A DNA stretch of 64,000 nucleotides from an uncultured Actinomycetota bacterium. Lineage in GTDB: Bacteria > Actinomycetota > Thermoleophilia > Solirubrobacterales > Solirubrobacteraceae. The position numbers were made by a program, and so were the translations under genes. Every line of letters begins with the position of its first letter. Position 1 is the stretch's first letter. The stretch spans positions 410,823 to 474,822 of the forward strand of contig CAWBPJ010000003.1 of NCBI GenBank assembly GCA_963790635.1, written 5' to 3'. The notes beneath the pieces were generated by a model. The model was not told the DNA's origin. It ran no database searches and saw only the letters and a list, made by a program, of their open reading frames with translations. This document shows positions 36,498-45,850 of the stretch, piece after piece.

Positions 36498-38057
36498 GTG
36501 ACAACGCAAACCACGAATCCCGAGGCACGCACGAACCAGGCGGCGCCCACAACTGACGACGTCCACGCAGAGGCCGTCAGTGGGCTGTTTGGGCGTGACT
36601 TCGTATACATGGCCTTCTGGGCGGTTCAGCTGATCCTGGTCGCGTGCGTCACCCCGGTTCTGACGCGCCTGATACGCCAGAACGAACTCGGGCTTGTCGC
36701 TGCGTCGTTGGCGGTCATGCAGCTGCTCAACGTGGTATTCGGCTTTGGGCTCCAGACCGCCGTTCAGCGTGAACACTCCGGCGACCACGGCGACTCCGGC
36801 GCTCGTCAGCTGGTGACGCTCGCTGCGATTCTCTCGCTGCTGGCAGGACTGATCACCTACGCCTCCGGATCATGGTGGAGCCCGCTGATCGGCCTTGGCC
36901 CGTTCCCTGCTGCGGTTCGCTATGCGGTGATCTGGGCGGTCCTGATTGCGGCCACCAATCCGGCGCTTGGCCTTACCCGCAGCCGCAGCCAGCTGCACTG
37001 GTTCGTCGCCATCAGCTTCGCGCAGTCGATCTTTGCCCAGGCCCTTTCGCTCGCACTGCTGATCTTCGTGAGCGCAACGGCATCGGAATACCTCCTGGGC
37101 CAGGTGCTGGGACAGCTGCTGGCCGTCGTGATCGCTCTGGCCGCAACCAAACCCGCATGGTTGAGCCGTGCACGAGCGCGAATGTACGCGAACGCGCTCC
37201 GATTCTCGATCGCACTCGTTCCCGCCCTGGTAGCGTCGTTTGTGAACGCCGCAGCGGATCGACTCGTGATCCACGCGGACCTGGGAGCCAAGACGACGGC
37301 TCACTACGCGGTCGCCAGCAACATCGGCAGCTTCACGCTCGCGCTCCTGGGTTTCCTCGACTTCGTCTGGCTGCCACGCCTTTTCGCGATCAAGGATGAG
37401 ACTGCCCGCCGGCGCGTCCTGGGCGCGAGCCGGAACGGCCTCTACGTCCTGGGTGCCGGATTCGCGATCGCGATCGCCTACGCCTCACCCGTGATTCTCT
37501 GGCTCTGGGCCCCGCCCAGTTACCCCCGTTCCGAGCTCATCCCGGTGATAGCCATCATCGCGGCAAGCGCCTTGCCCTTCGGTGACGCCGTGGTCTACAC
37601 GCAGGCTTTGATCCTCGCGGGACGAACGCGAGCGGTGGCCGTCGCGACGATCGTCGCGGCTGCATTGAATCTGCTGCTGAATCTGTGGCTCGTTCCGACG
37701 CTGGGCATAGACGGCTCGGCCGGGATCTCGTTCTCCTGCTACGTGATCTATGCACTGATGCTCCGCCGGATCGCCGGTGCGCACGGGCCCACCACCAGTC
37801 TTCAGGCGTTCAGCATCGCCTTTGCCGGGGCCGCGATATGCGTGAGCTCAGCTGCGGTGCCCATCACCGGAGTCGTGCTTGGACTGCGGATGGTGGTGGC
37901 GATAGCGGCCGGCCTGGTTTTCATAGCGGAGCTGGTGACGCTGATCAAACCGGACTCGGTGAAGCAGATTGACGAACGACTCGCGCGAACATGGTGGGGT
38001 GTGCCGATTTCGCGTCTGATCTCCCGGCTGGCCCCACGGCAGACGCCAACCGAGTAA
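36498..38057 (+). CDS. Wzx-type oligosaccharide flippase
   Basis: About 14 hydrophobic segments. TPVLTRL...LG, ADRLVI...LG...YAVA and NLWLVP.LGI.G. Confidence 0.85.
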   Translation: MTTQTTNPEARTNQAAPTTDDVHAEAVSGLFGRDFVYMAFWAVQLILVACVTPVLTRLIRQNELGLVAASLAVMQLLNVVFGFGLQTAVQREHSGDHGDSGARQLVTLAAILSLLAGLITYASGSWWSPLIGLGPFPAAVRYAVIWAVLIAATNPALGLTRSRSQLHWFVAISFAQSIFAQALSLALLIFVSATASEYLLGQVLGQLLAVVIALAATKPAWLSRARARMYANALRFSIALVPALVASFVNAAADRLVIHADLGAKTTAHYAVASNIGSFTLALLGFLDFVWLPRLFAIKDETARRRVLGASRNGLYVLGAGFAIAIAYASPVILWLWAPPSYPRSELIPVIAIIAASALPFGDAVVYTQALILAGRTRAVAVATIVAAALNLLLNLWLVPTLGIDGSAGISFSCYVIYALMLRRIAGAHGPTTSLQAFSIAFAGAAICVSSAAVPITGVVLGLRMVVAIAAGLVFIAELVTLIKPDSVKQIDERLARTWWGVPISRLISRLAPRQTPTE

Positions 38058-38075
38058 GGGCACCCCGGCAGGAAA

Positions 38076-38945
38076 CTAGGCGTTGGTCTGAGGATCCAGA
38101 TCCGGCGGGTCGATGCGGACGTCGAGTTGCGTCCACATCTCGATGCTGGCAAGCGTCGGTGCCGGGCGTGCCAAACCAAGGACCGTCTCAGACTGCACCG
38201 GCGGATTGACACCCAGCCGCTCGGCGGCTCGCAGCGGGAGGTAGACGGCCAGCCACGGGACCGGCAGGATCACCGAGGATCTGCCGTTGGCAGAGGAGAT
38301 CGCCCGCATCAGGTCTCCAAACCGGATGGTCGACGGACTGGCGAGGCCCAGAAGCTGCCCGTTCACCGATTCAGCCTCAGCGAGTGCCACCACGGCGGTG
38401 GTCGCATTGTCGAGGTGGATGAGTGCCTGGCGGCTACCGGCCGCGAACACAGGAATCACCGGCAGCTTGGCAAACCGCAGGAGCAGTCCGAAGACGCCAC
38501 CGTTGGTCCCACCATAGACCGTCCCCAGCCTGACGACGTTGCCACCGGCCTCGAGCGTCAGCCGCTCCGATGCAAGCTTGGCGTTCCCGTACATCTGACG
38601 CGTCCCCTCGAACGCAGAGACAGAGGAGATCAGGATGAAGCGGGCCCGCTCTGCGACTGCAGCGTCGAGCAGGCGGCGGGTGCCCTCGATGTTCACGCGC
38701 ACGACGTCGTCCCAGGTCCGCGGCGTCCAGTCGTAGGCACAGTGGATCACGACGTCGATGCCGCCAAGGAGGCCCGCCGGCACAGGCGACGTCAGTTCAT
38801 ATGGCCGAGGTTCGTGGACGCCGTCAGGTTTCCGGGTCAAGGCAACGACGTGGTGGCCGGCGTCGGCAAGCGCTTGCGCGACGGCACTGCCGACGTAGCC
38901 CTGAGCCCCTGTCACGCCGACTCGAAGCGGATTCATCTCAGACAT
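38076..38945 (-). CDS. NAD-dependent epimerase/dehydratase (extended SDR)
   Basis: Motifs VTGAQGYVG, VIHCA, ISS, YGNAK and RLGTVYG. Confidence 0.9.
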   Translation of the reverse strand: MSEMNPLRVGVTGAQGYVGSAVAQALADAGHHVVALTRKPDGVHEPRPYELTSPVPAGLLGGIDVVIHCAYDWTPRTWDDVVRVNIEGTRRLLDAAVAERARFILISSVSAFEGTRQMYGNAKLASERLTLEAGGNVVRLGTVYGGTNGGVFGLLLRFAKLPVIPVFAAGSRQALIHLDNATTAVVALAEAESVNGQLLGLASPSTIRFGDLMRAISSANGRSSVILPVPWLAVYLPLRAAERLGVNPPVQSETVLGLARPAPTLASIEMWTQLDVRIDPPDLDPQTNA

Positions 38946-40557
38946 GATGCGCGATCTGCTCCTTGAGATGGTCTGCGAGCCGCACCGCAAGCGCGACGAT
39001 CGTGTAAGTCGGGTTTGCGTGCCCGTTCGTCGGGAATACGGAGCCTCCCACAACGTGGAGGCCCTCCACTCCATGCACCGCACAGTCGATGTCGACGACG
39101 CCGCTGGCTCGATCCGTCGACATCCTCGTGGTTCCGCTGGGATGGGCCACATCCGGTAGGAAGAACTCACTCTCCGCGTCGGCGATCATCCCCACGGGTT
39201 CGGGCGGGGTCAGCCCCAGTCGGCGGGTCTCATCGACAAAGAGCCTGGTCATCCGCCGGACGGTCTGAGCTTCCTGCTCCCCGACACGCCAGTCGATGCG
39301 CGCGAGCGGGACCCCCAGGACATCCGTGCGATCCGCAAGCGTGATGCGGCTGTCTGGGTCAGGAGCCTGCTCGACGATGCATTGCGCGTAGAGCCCGGAC
39401 AGTCGCCGCGCTGGATGTCGGCCGCGCAGCAGCCTGCTGACGGACTCCGCCGCCATACGGGGATGAGCCACCAGATGCCTGGCGTTGCCCGCGGGATCGT
39501 GACCGCCTGCGAGGTCGAGCAGCGCAGTCAGCGGATCGTCGTCTGCCACCTCCAACGTGAGGAACAGGGCGCAGTTCAACAGTCCTTCCGTCTCCTGGAT
39601 GCGTTCGCCGAGCGCGTAGCCAGGCGTCAGCCAACTCCAGCGCCCGCCACCCGGGACGCGGGAGCTCTCAGGCGCCGCCGAGGTCTTGACGAGGAGGTCT
39701 CCCAGCACCCGCTCGGCCGGAGCCTCGGTGCCGTGCGGAAACCATGCGACAGCGCCTCGCGGATGGTCCATGAGGTACCGGCCGACGAGGTCAGTGCTGT
39801 TACCGACACCTCCGGAAACGATCCGGTTGGACGCGAGCAGTAGGCGGGCATTCTCAATCCCGCCGGCGCACAACACGATGTGCCGCGCGCTGACCTGTCG
39901 GGCTTTCTGGTCTGGCCCTTTCACCTCCAGAGCGCGCACCAGGCGTCCCGCTTCATCGGTGTCGATATGAGTGACGGTGGCATTGATAAAGCACTCGACA
40001 TCACGCAGCGGCTGTGCGGCCGCTCTGGGACCGAACCGCAGGAAGTCCGGTCGCCAGGAGTCCTGCATGCTGTAGCTCCAGAGGTAAGGCACCAGGGCGT
40101 CATCGTCCGGTGGCGGTACATGCGTAGCGAGCACATCCAGGACGTCGTTGGGGTCGATGATGCTCATTCTGAGATGTCCGGCAGCACGTCGGTAATAGGG
40201 CTTCAGTGACTCACGTGTGATCGGCCAGCCTGAGCCTGGGACCCAATCACGGTTCTTGAAGTCCAGATCATCCAACGGGGTGACCCGGCCGGTCCAGGTG
40301 GCGGATGTGCCACCAAAGACCCTGTTACGCACCTCGCCGGTGTCCAGTACACGAGGGACGCCCACACTGACGATCTCATTCATCGACTCGGTCCACGCGT
40401 TGCGGGCGAGGTCACCGCTCTCCAGCAACACGATCTTCAGGCCTGATCCATTGAGCTCAGTCGCGAGTGTCAGCCCAGCCGGACCGCTGCCGACGATGCA
40501 GACGTCGGCGGTCACCGTCGCGCTCTCAGGAAGCGTGCGCACATCCGTGATGTTCAT
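38938..40557 (-). CDS. GMC-family FAD oxidoreductase
   Basis: Motifs IVGSGPAG, FGGTSATW, GGIENARLLL, GRYLMDH, HPSGTTRM and ANPTYTI. Confidence 0.92.
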   Translation of the reverse strand: MNITDVRTLPESATVTADVCIVGSGPAGLTLATELNGSGLKIVLLESGDLARNAWTESMNEIVSVGVPRVLDTGEVRNRVFGGTSATWTGRVTPLDDLDFKNRDWVPGSGWPITRESLKPYYRRAAGHLRMSIIDPNDVLDVLATHVPPPDDDALVPYLWSYSMQDSWRPDFLRFGPRAAAQPLRDVECFINATVTHIDTDEAGRLVRALEVKGPDQKARQVSARHIVLCAGGIENARLLLASNRIVSGGVGNSTDLVGRYLMDHPRGAVAWFPHGTEAPAERVLGDLLVKTSAAPESSRVPGGGRWSWLTPGYALGERIQETEGLLNCALFLTLEVADDDPLTALLDLAGGHDPAGNARHLVAHPRMAAESVSRLLRGRHPARRLSGLYAQCIVEQAPDPDSRITLADRTDVLGVPLARIDWRVGEQEAQTVRRMTRLFVDETRRLGLTPPEPVGMIADAESEFFLPDVAHPSGTTRMSTDRASGVVDIDCAVHGVEGLHVVGGSVFPTNGHANPTYTIVALAVRLADHLKEQIAHHV

Positions 40558-40670
40558 GAGGTGATGCCTCGGCAGCGAGTGAAAATGGCGATTCCGTTCG
40601 ACATGTGGGCCAACGCGTGCGCCCGAGCCGCAAGGGTATAGCCCAGAGATCTTGTTACCAAATCCGAACC

Positions 40671-43322
40671 TCAGCCGTGGATGAGCTTGAACAGATATGT
40701 GTCGCCGTCACGCTTCACGAGCCGCCAATCCGGACTCGCCTTCAGCTGTGCCAGCCAGCCGTTCATCTGCTGCGCGCTCTGGACTCCATACGCCTGTGAG
40801 TTCAGTGAGGTCGAAGCCGACCAGAAGATGTACAGCGGGCTCGAGTTTGTGGCGCCGATGCCCACGGCGATGGCGCCGTAGCGATCGGTCAGCGCGACGA
40901 GATCTTCAGGACCCGGTCTCTTGACGTCCTGCAGGCGCTGTCCCGCAACCAACGGCCAACTGATCGGCGTGTAATTGACCAGGAACGGCGGGAGATTGAG
41001 CGCTGTACCAGTGGGAGCTCCGAGGCTCACCACATACGCGTGCTTCGCTGGGTTGTAGATCAGGTAGTCCGAAACGGCGACGTCTGAGCGCAACAGCATG
41101 TAGGCCCCGTCCACCCCCCATTCGGCGACCACATACGTTCCCAGCAGACCAAGCAGGACAGCCGTGATCGCGGCGTTCAGGGCGAGCGGGCGTCGCAGAA
41201 TCGGCAGCATCCGGCCGGGACGCGGCATTTTCATCGCCAGGATCGCAAGCCAGGGGATCGCGAACAGCGACGACCTGAAGATCCCCTCGTTGCCGTACGG
41301 GTTGATCAGGATCAGTCCGATCCCGACGGCCGGGCAGAGTGCGTAACCCCAAGCCCATTTGCGCCTGATGTTCGGGAAGAAGCCGATTGCTGCGAGTCCG
41401 ACAAGAATCAGAAGCGCCACCAGCAGGGCGTGCGACTGGTAACCGATCGCGGCGAACCGCTCGAGGCCAGGCGTGCCCCGCGTCTTGGGCGGCAGAAGGT
41501 TGCCCAGGTCGAACAGCTGAGTAAACGAGAAGTTCGAGCTGACGGCCTTGTGTACGAGACCCGCCCATGCCAACGCGGGGATGCCTATGGGCAGGCATGA
41601 CCACAGCGGCGCCTGACCAAACACGGCCAGCACAAAGAGCGCACCCGCGGCTATATACGGCGTGAGCTCGTGCATTGGTGCAAGGGCCAGGCCCACGACC
41701 AGGAGTAACCAGAACAGTGCGCGATTACCCAGAGGTCTCGGCTTGACTCCGCTGATCGCAAAGCCGAACGCACCGATCGCAAGGACGTAGGCCGCGGACT
41801 GCGGCGAGTAGTAGTTCGCGTCGTTGATCGTGTCGACGAGCATCACGAGCATGACCGCCGTCCAGATCCGGCCAGGCGTGTCGAGAAGTCGCCCTGCGAA
41901 GAAGCGCAACGTCACCACCCGAGCGAGGGCAAAGATCACCGGCCAATAGGTGGCCAACCCCAGGAGGCTGTCATGGCCGAGCATGCCGTGAACGCCGATC
42001 AGCTGACTGAGCCAGGCCATGCCGCTGAACAGCGCTGAGAAGGCTTGGTAGATCCCTGCGGGCGCATCGATGTGATGGTGGGTGAGCACGTACTGCGTGA
42101 GCAGCATCTGCTTTCCGGCTGTCGAATTGCGCGGGGTGGCGTACACGAGCGACGGCGTGAGCGTGCCCACCAGAGCGAACGCGGAGGTCGCCAGGAACGC
42201 AGAGAGTTCGTTGCGGCGGCCCACGACGAAACCCAAGACCACCATCGTCAGGCCGACGTACCAGATCGGACTTATGACGGTCAGGAATCCCCAGATCCCC
42301 GGCTGCGGATCATGGGTGGTGAGCGCTGGAACCAGCCACAGCACCGTGCCAACGAACGTGAGAAACAGGCTGGCGCGTACGCGCTTCCGGGTGGCACGTG
42401 CGCGCTTCTGGTTGGCACGTGCGCGCTTCCGGCTGGCCCGTACGCGCTTCCGGTCGCGCGCGAGCGCGCTCTCGCCACTGCCGGATGTCTGCTCATCACC
42501 GTCCTCCGGGTCCTCACCGGAGCTGGATGTCTGCTCGCCACCGTCCTGCGCCCCGGTCCCCGAGCCGGCAGATGTATCACCGCGACCAGCCGTCTTCTTT
42601 CCGTGCTTGGTCTTCCGCTTCAGGGCAGCACTCAGCCGGCCTGCGCCGCCGCCAGCAGCGCTCGGCTCAGGTGGGCCCTCCTCACCCGCGCCCTCCTCAG
42701 CCGCACCCTCCTCAGCCGACTCCTCCTCAGCCGCACCCTCCTCAGCCGCACCCTCCTCAGACGACTCCTCCTCAGACGACTCCTCCTCAGACGAGCCCTC
42801 CTCAGCCGCGCCGGCTTCACCAGCATTCGTATCAGCGGCGCTTTCAGCCGTCTCAGGCGGGAGCTGCGCCCGCCCGCGACGACCGCGACGAGCGGGCTCT
42901 GCCCGGAGCTTGAGAATGCCCAAGGCGTGGAGCACCACCGTGGCCACCCCGACCACTATCGCCGCGGGCACCGGCTGCCAGAGTCCGCGCACGTCCGCCA
43001 TCAGCGCGGCCACCGCCACGATCACGCTCAGGCCGATGAGAATCGCTCCCGACAATCGGGCATAGATGTCAAGCCGCGTGAGCAGTTGCAACGGTGAGGC
43101 GCCGATGCCGAACACAACCACTACAAAGGCCCCGCCGAGGCTCATGGCCTCCACGCTCGCGACCCTGCCGATCACCGCGATCACGAGCGCAGCGATGGCC
43201 ACGCCAGAGCAGAGGAGCACCCCGTTGGGGCCGTCGAGCCTGAGGCCTGGTCCGTGCGCGCCAGTGCTCGGGGTGGCCTCCTCCGGAGCGAGAGGAGCAG
43301 GCACCTCAGTCTTTTTCGTCAT
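40671..43322 (-). CDS. Large polytopic membrane protein (putative GT-C/polymerase-like)
   Basis: About 883 aa with more than 14 TM segments, located in the glycan locus. Motifs NYYSPQS, HELTPY and YGNEGIFR. Contains an internal charged repeat loop. Confidence 0.6.
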   Translation of the reverse strand: MTKKTEVPAPLAPEEATPSTGAHGPGLRLDGPNGVLLCSGVAIAALVIAVIGRVASVEAMSLGGAFVVVVFGIGASPLQLLTRLDIYARLSGAILIGLSVIVAVAALMADVRGLWQPVPAAIVVGVATVVLHALGILKLRAEPARRGRRGRAQLPPETAESAADTNAGEAGAAEEGSSEEESSEEESSEEGAAEEGAAEEESAEEGAAEEGAGEEGPPEPSAAGGGAGRLSAALKRKTKHGKKTAGRGDTSAGSGTGAQDGGEQTSSSGEDPEDGDEQTSGSGESALARDRKRVRASRKRARANQKRARATRKRVRASLFLTFVGTVLWLVPALTTHDPQPGIWGFLTVISPIWYVGLTMVVLGFVVGRRNELSAFLATSAFALVGTLTPSLVYATPRNSTAGKQMLLTQYVLTHHHIDAPAGIYQAFSALFSGMAWLSQLIGVHGMLGHDSLLGLATYWPVIFALARVVTLRFFAGRLLDTPGRIWTAVMLVMLVDTINDANYYSPQSAAYVLAIGAFGFAISGVKPRPLGNRALFWLLLVVGLALAPMHELTPYIAAGALFVLAVFGQAPLWSCLPIGIPALAWAGLVHKAVSSNFSFTQLFDLGNLLPPKTRGTPGLERFAAIGYQSHALLVALLILVGLAAIGFFPNIRRKWAWGYALCPAVGIGLILINPYGNEGIFRSSLFAIPWLAILAMKMPRPGRMLPILRRPLALNAAITAVLLGLLGTYVVAEWGVDGAYMLLRSDVAVSDYLIYNPAKHAYVVSLGAPTGTALNLPPFLVNYTPISWPLVAGQRLQDVKRPGPEDLVALTDRYGAIAVGIGATNSSPLYIFWSASTSLNSQAYGVQSAQQMNGWLAQLKASPDWRLVKRDGDTYLFKLIHG
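42372..42465 (-). repeat. 21-bp coding repeat encoding RKR(A/V)RA(S/T/N)
   Basis: About 4 copies visible. Confidence 0.8.
42676..42808 (-). repeat. 15-bp coding repeat encoding EEGAA/EEESS
   Basis: About 9 copies of CTCCTCAG-containing units. Confidence 0.88.
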
Positions 43323-43564
43323 AGATTCGACTGACCGGCAATCAGGTCGCAGAACAGGTATTGGTGCTGGCGCATCGGCGACCGATATCCAGTTTAATCG
43401 TGTCGAACTGCAAGCTGGTGAGGCTACCAGCGCCGCAGCTCGCCGGACAGGCCGAAATCCTCCGTGTAATCGGGTTTCGTGCGCATACCAACCCGGGCCG
43501 AAATCAGGTTGAACGCACCCAGCCGGAAAACGCCCGACCTCGGTGTATGGTTGCCTTCTGGCGT

Positions 43565-44479
43565 ATGGGAGAGATGTTGCTTCAGCTACGCGCTTTGGGC
43601 TCTTGGCGCGCACCGCGTTTTGGCGTCCTGCTGACCGGACTGCTCGTCCTGCTCGCGGGCTGCGGCACGGCGCCCGCGCGCACTCACGCGCTGACGTCAA
43701 AGACCAAACAGCCCGTCACGGCAGGGCCGATGGGTGTCCCGGGTCACTGGCAGCTCGTGCTCAATACGACCTTCAACGGCACCTCGCTCGATACCAAGAT
43801 CTGGCGCCCCAACTGGTTCGGCACCGGCCGTCAGATCACGGGTCCGATAAATGGGCATGAGCTGGCCTGTTACAGCCGGAGCAACGTCACCCTCCCAGGC
43901 AACGGGGCCCTGAACCTCAATGTCACCCATGTGCCCTCGGCCTGCGCAGGCACCACCCGCCCATATACGGGCGGCATAATCTCGACCAATCCTGGGGACG
44001 GCCGCAAGAGCGGCGGCTTCCAATACACCTACGGCGTTCTCCAGGCTGAGATCTATGTTCCTGGCTACCGTGGCCTGATCTCGAACTGGCCGGCGTTCAC
44101 GACCTTCGGGCAACACTGGCCTGTCACCGGTGAGGATGACGTGGTCGAAGGCATCGCCGGCACGCAGTGCTCGCGATTTCATAGTGCGGTGACCTCGGCA
44201 GCTGGAGTGGGCGGTTGCGATCCCGGATTCACCCCCGGCTGGCATGTGGTTACGGCCAATTGGGCTCCAAACTCGATCACCTGGTACTACGACGGTGTCA
44301 AGATCCTGCATGAGACCAAGGGCGTGACCTCGGCGCCGATGTACATCGTTCTGGTCAACACGGTGTCTGGGAAATGGCCGCAGACGGCGAGGCCTGCAAC
44401 CATGAAGGTCGCATACGTGCGAGTCTGGCAGCCGGCCGGGCCACGGTCATCCCACGCCGAATACAAATACTCGTTTTGA
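43565..44479 (+). CDS. GH16-family glycoside hydrolase lipoprotein
   Basis: Lipobox LAGC. YTGGIIST, FQYTYG, WPAF, GEDDVVEG, WYYDG and AYVRVWQ. Confidence 0.85.
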   Translation: MGEMLLQLRALGSWRAPRFGVLLTGLLVLLAGCGTAPARTHALTSKTKQPVTAGPMGVPGHWQLVLNTTFNGTSLDTKIWRPNWFGTGRQITGPINGHELACYSRSNVTLPGNGALNLNVTHVPSACAGTTRPYTGGIISTNPGDGRKSGGFQYTYGVLQAEIYVPGYRGLISNWPAFTTFGQHWPVTGEDDVVEGIAGTQCSRFHSAVTSAAGVGGCDPGFTPGWHVVTANWAPNSITWYYDGVKILHETKGVTSAPMYIVLVNTVSGKWPQTARPATMKVAYVRVWQPAGPRSSHAEYKYSF

Positions 44480-44631
44480 CCGGACCCGATAAGTCGTTGT
44501 GCCGGTCGCGTCGCCGCGGTATTAAATGAAACCTCGGTTTGCGCCGATACCAAGTTCAACTGAACCACGCCGTACACCGGGCGCTCGCAGATTCAGGTGC
44601 ACGCGCATACGCGACAAGGAATCCACGGTAA

Positions 44632-45816
44632 ATGACCTTGACAACTGACTCATCTGATCCGAGCCTGGAGCCCGTCGGCGATCGAATGATCCAAATCGCT
44701 GAGGAGCTCGGCGAGACCGTTATCGGCCCTGCCGCGTGGGACGTCGACGCGCAGGCAAGGTTCCCATCTGAGTCGCTGGCGGCGATAAAGGACGCGAAGC
44801 TGCTGTCCGCGCTCGTTCCCGTCGAGCAGGGCGGCATGGGAGCGAGGATGACGGATGTCAGCAACACGATCCGAGTGGTCGCCCGCTATTGCGGCGCGAC
44901 CGGGTCGGTCTTCGCGATGCATATGGAGCAGATGTTTCTCCTGCTCAGGCACGGCAACACGCCCGCCCTGCGCCGGCTCGTGGATGAGATCGTCGAGCGC
45001 CAACTCCTGATTGCCAACGCCAACAGCGAGGTTGGACTAGGTGGAGACGTGATGCGAAGCCTGGCCCCATTGGAGCCGGAGGGGGATGGCTGGCGGTTCG
45101 ACAAGCAGGCGCTCGCGGCCTCGTATGGCAGCCATGCGGATCTGATCCTCTCAACCGCGCGGCGCTCCGCTGACGCGGCTGAGACAGATCAGGCGGTCGC
45201 AATGCTTCGAGCCTCCGAGATGATGCTGGAGGAGACCACGGGCTGGGACACCCTCGGGCTGCGCGGGACGCGCAGCTCCGGGCTGCACATCAGCGGCCAC
45301 GTGACGTCTGACGACCTCTTCCCCGTCCCCTTTGCAGAGATGGCCAGCCAGGGCGGCGGCCAGATGCGGCACATCCTGTTGACAGCTGTCTGGACGGGCC
45401 TGGCCGAAGGAGCAATGCGCGAGGCACATAAGACCGTGCGGGCCGCGGCGCGACGCAACATCGGGACCACCAGCCAGTCAGCGATGCGTCTGGCAGAGAT
45501 CATGGCCGATGTCCAGGTCGCCCGTGCCACGCTCGCAGACGCCCAGCGTCGCATCGAGGTCGCGCTCGAAACGGACACGCTTGAGGACATCGACCTGATC
45601 ACCAACCTGCGCAATGTCAAGATCGTGACCACAACGACCGCGGTGCGTGTCGCCGGGATGGCGCTTCAGATCTGCAGCATCAACGGCTACAGGCGGGGCC
45701 CTGATCATCCACTTGAACGCATCCTCCGTGACGCATACGGAGGCCTGATCATGGTCGGCAATGACCGATATCTCGCTGAGAACGCACAGATCCTGCCGGT
45801 CCGCAGCACGATCTGA
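44632..45816 (+). CDS. Acyl-CoA dehydrogenase family protein (carrier-protein-associated type)
   Basis: Motifs DAQARFP, GGMG, FAMH, WDTLGLRGTRS, ALQIC..GY and LERILRDA. Confidence 0.88.
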   Translation: MTLTTDSSDPSLEPVGDRMIQIAEELGETVIGPAAWDVDAQARFPSESLAAIKDAKLLSALVPVEQGGMGARMTDVSNTIRVVARYCGATGSVFAMHMEQMFLLLRHGNTPALRRLVDEIVERQLLIANANSEVGLGGDVMRSLAPLEPEGDGWRFDKQALAASYGSHADLILSTARRSADAAETDQAVAMLRASEMMLEETTGWDTLGLRGTRSSGLHISGHVTSDDLFPVPFAEMASQGGGQMRHILLTAVWTGLAEGAMREAHKTVRAAARRNIGTTSQSAMRLAEIMADVQVARATLADAQRRIEVALETDTLEDIDLITNLRNVKIVTTTTAVRVAGMALQICSINGYRRGPDHPLERILRDAYGGLIMVGNDRYLAENAQILPVRSTI

Positions 45817-45850
45817 TCCAGCCGTGCCAGCCGATCTGGCTCGGTGATCC

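Noticed and set aside
42045-43097. Long plus-strand ORFs opposite the membrane protein (and many similar antisense ORFs window-wide)
   Set aside because: Typical stop-poor shadow ORFs of high-GC DNA overlapping well-supported genes.
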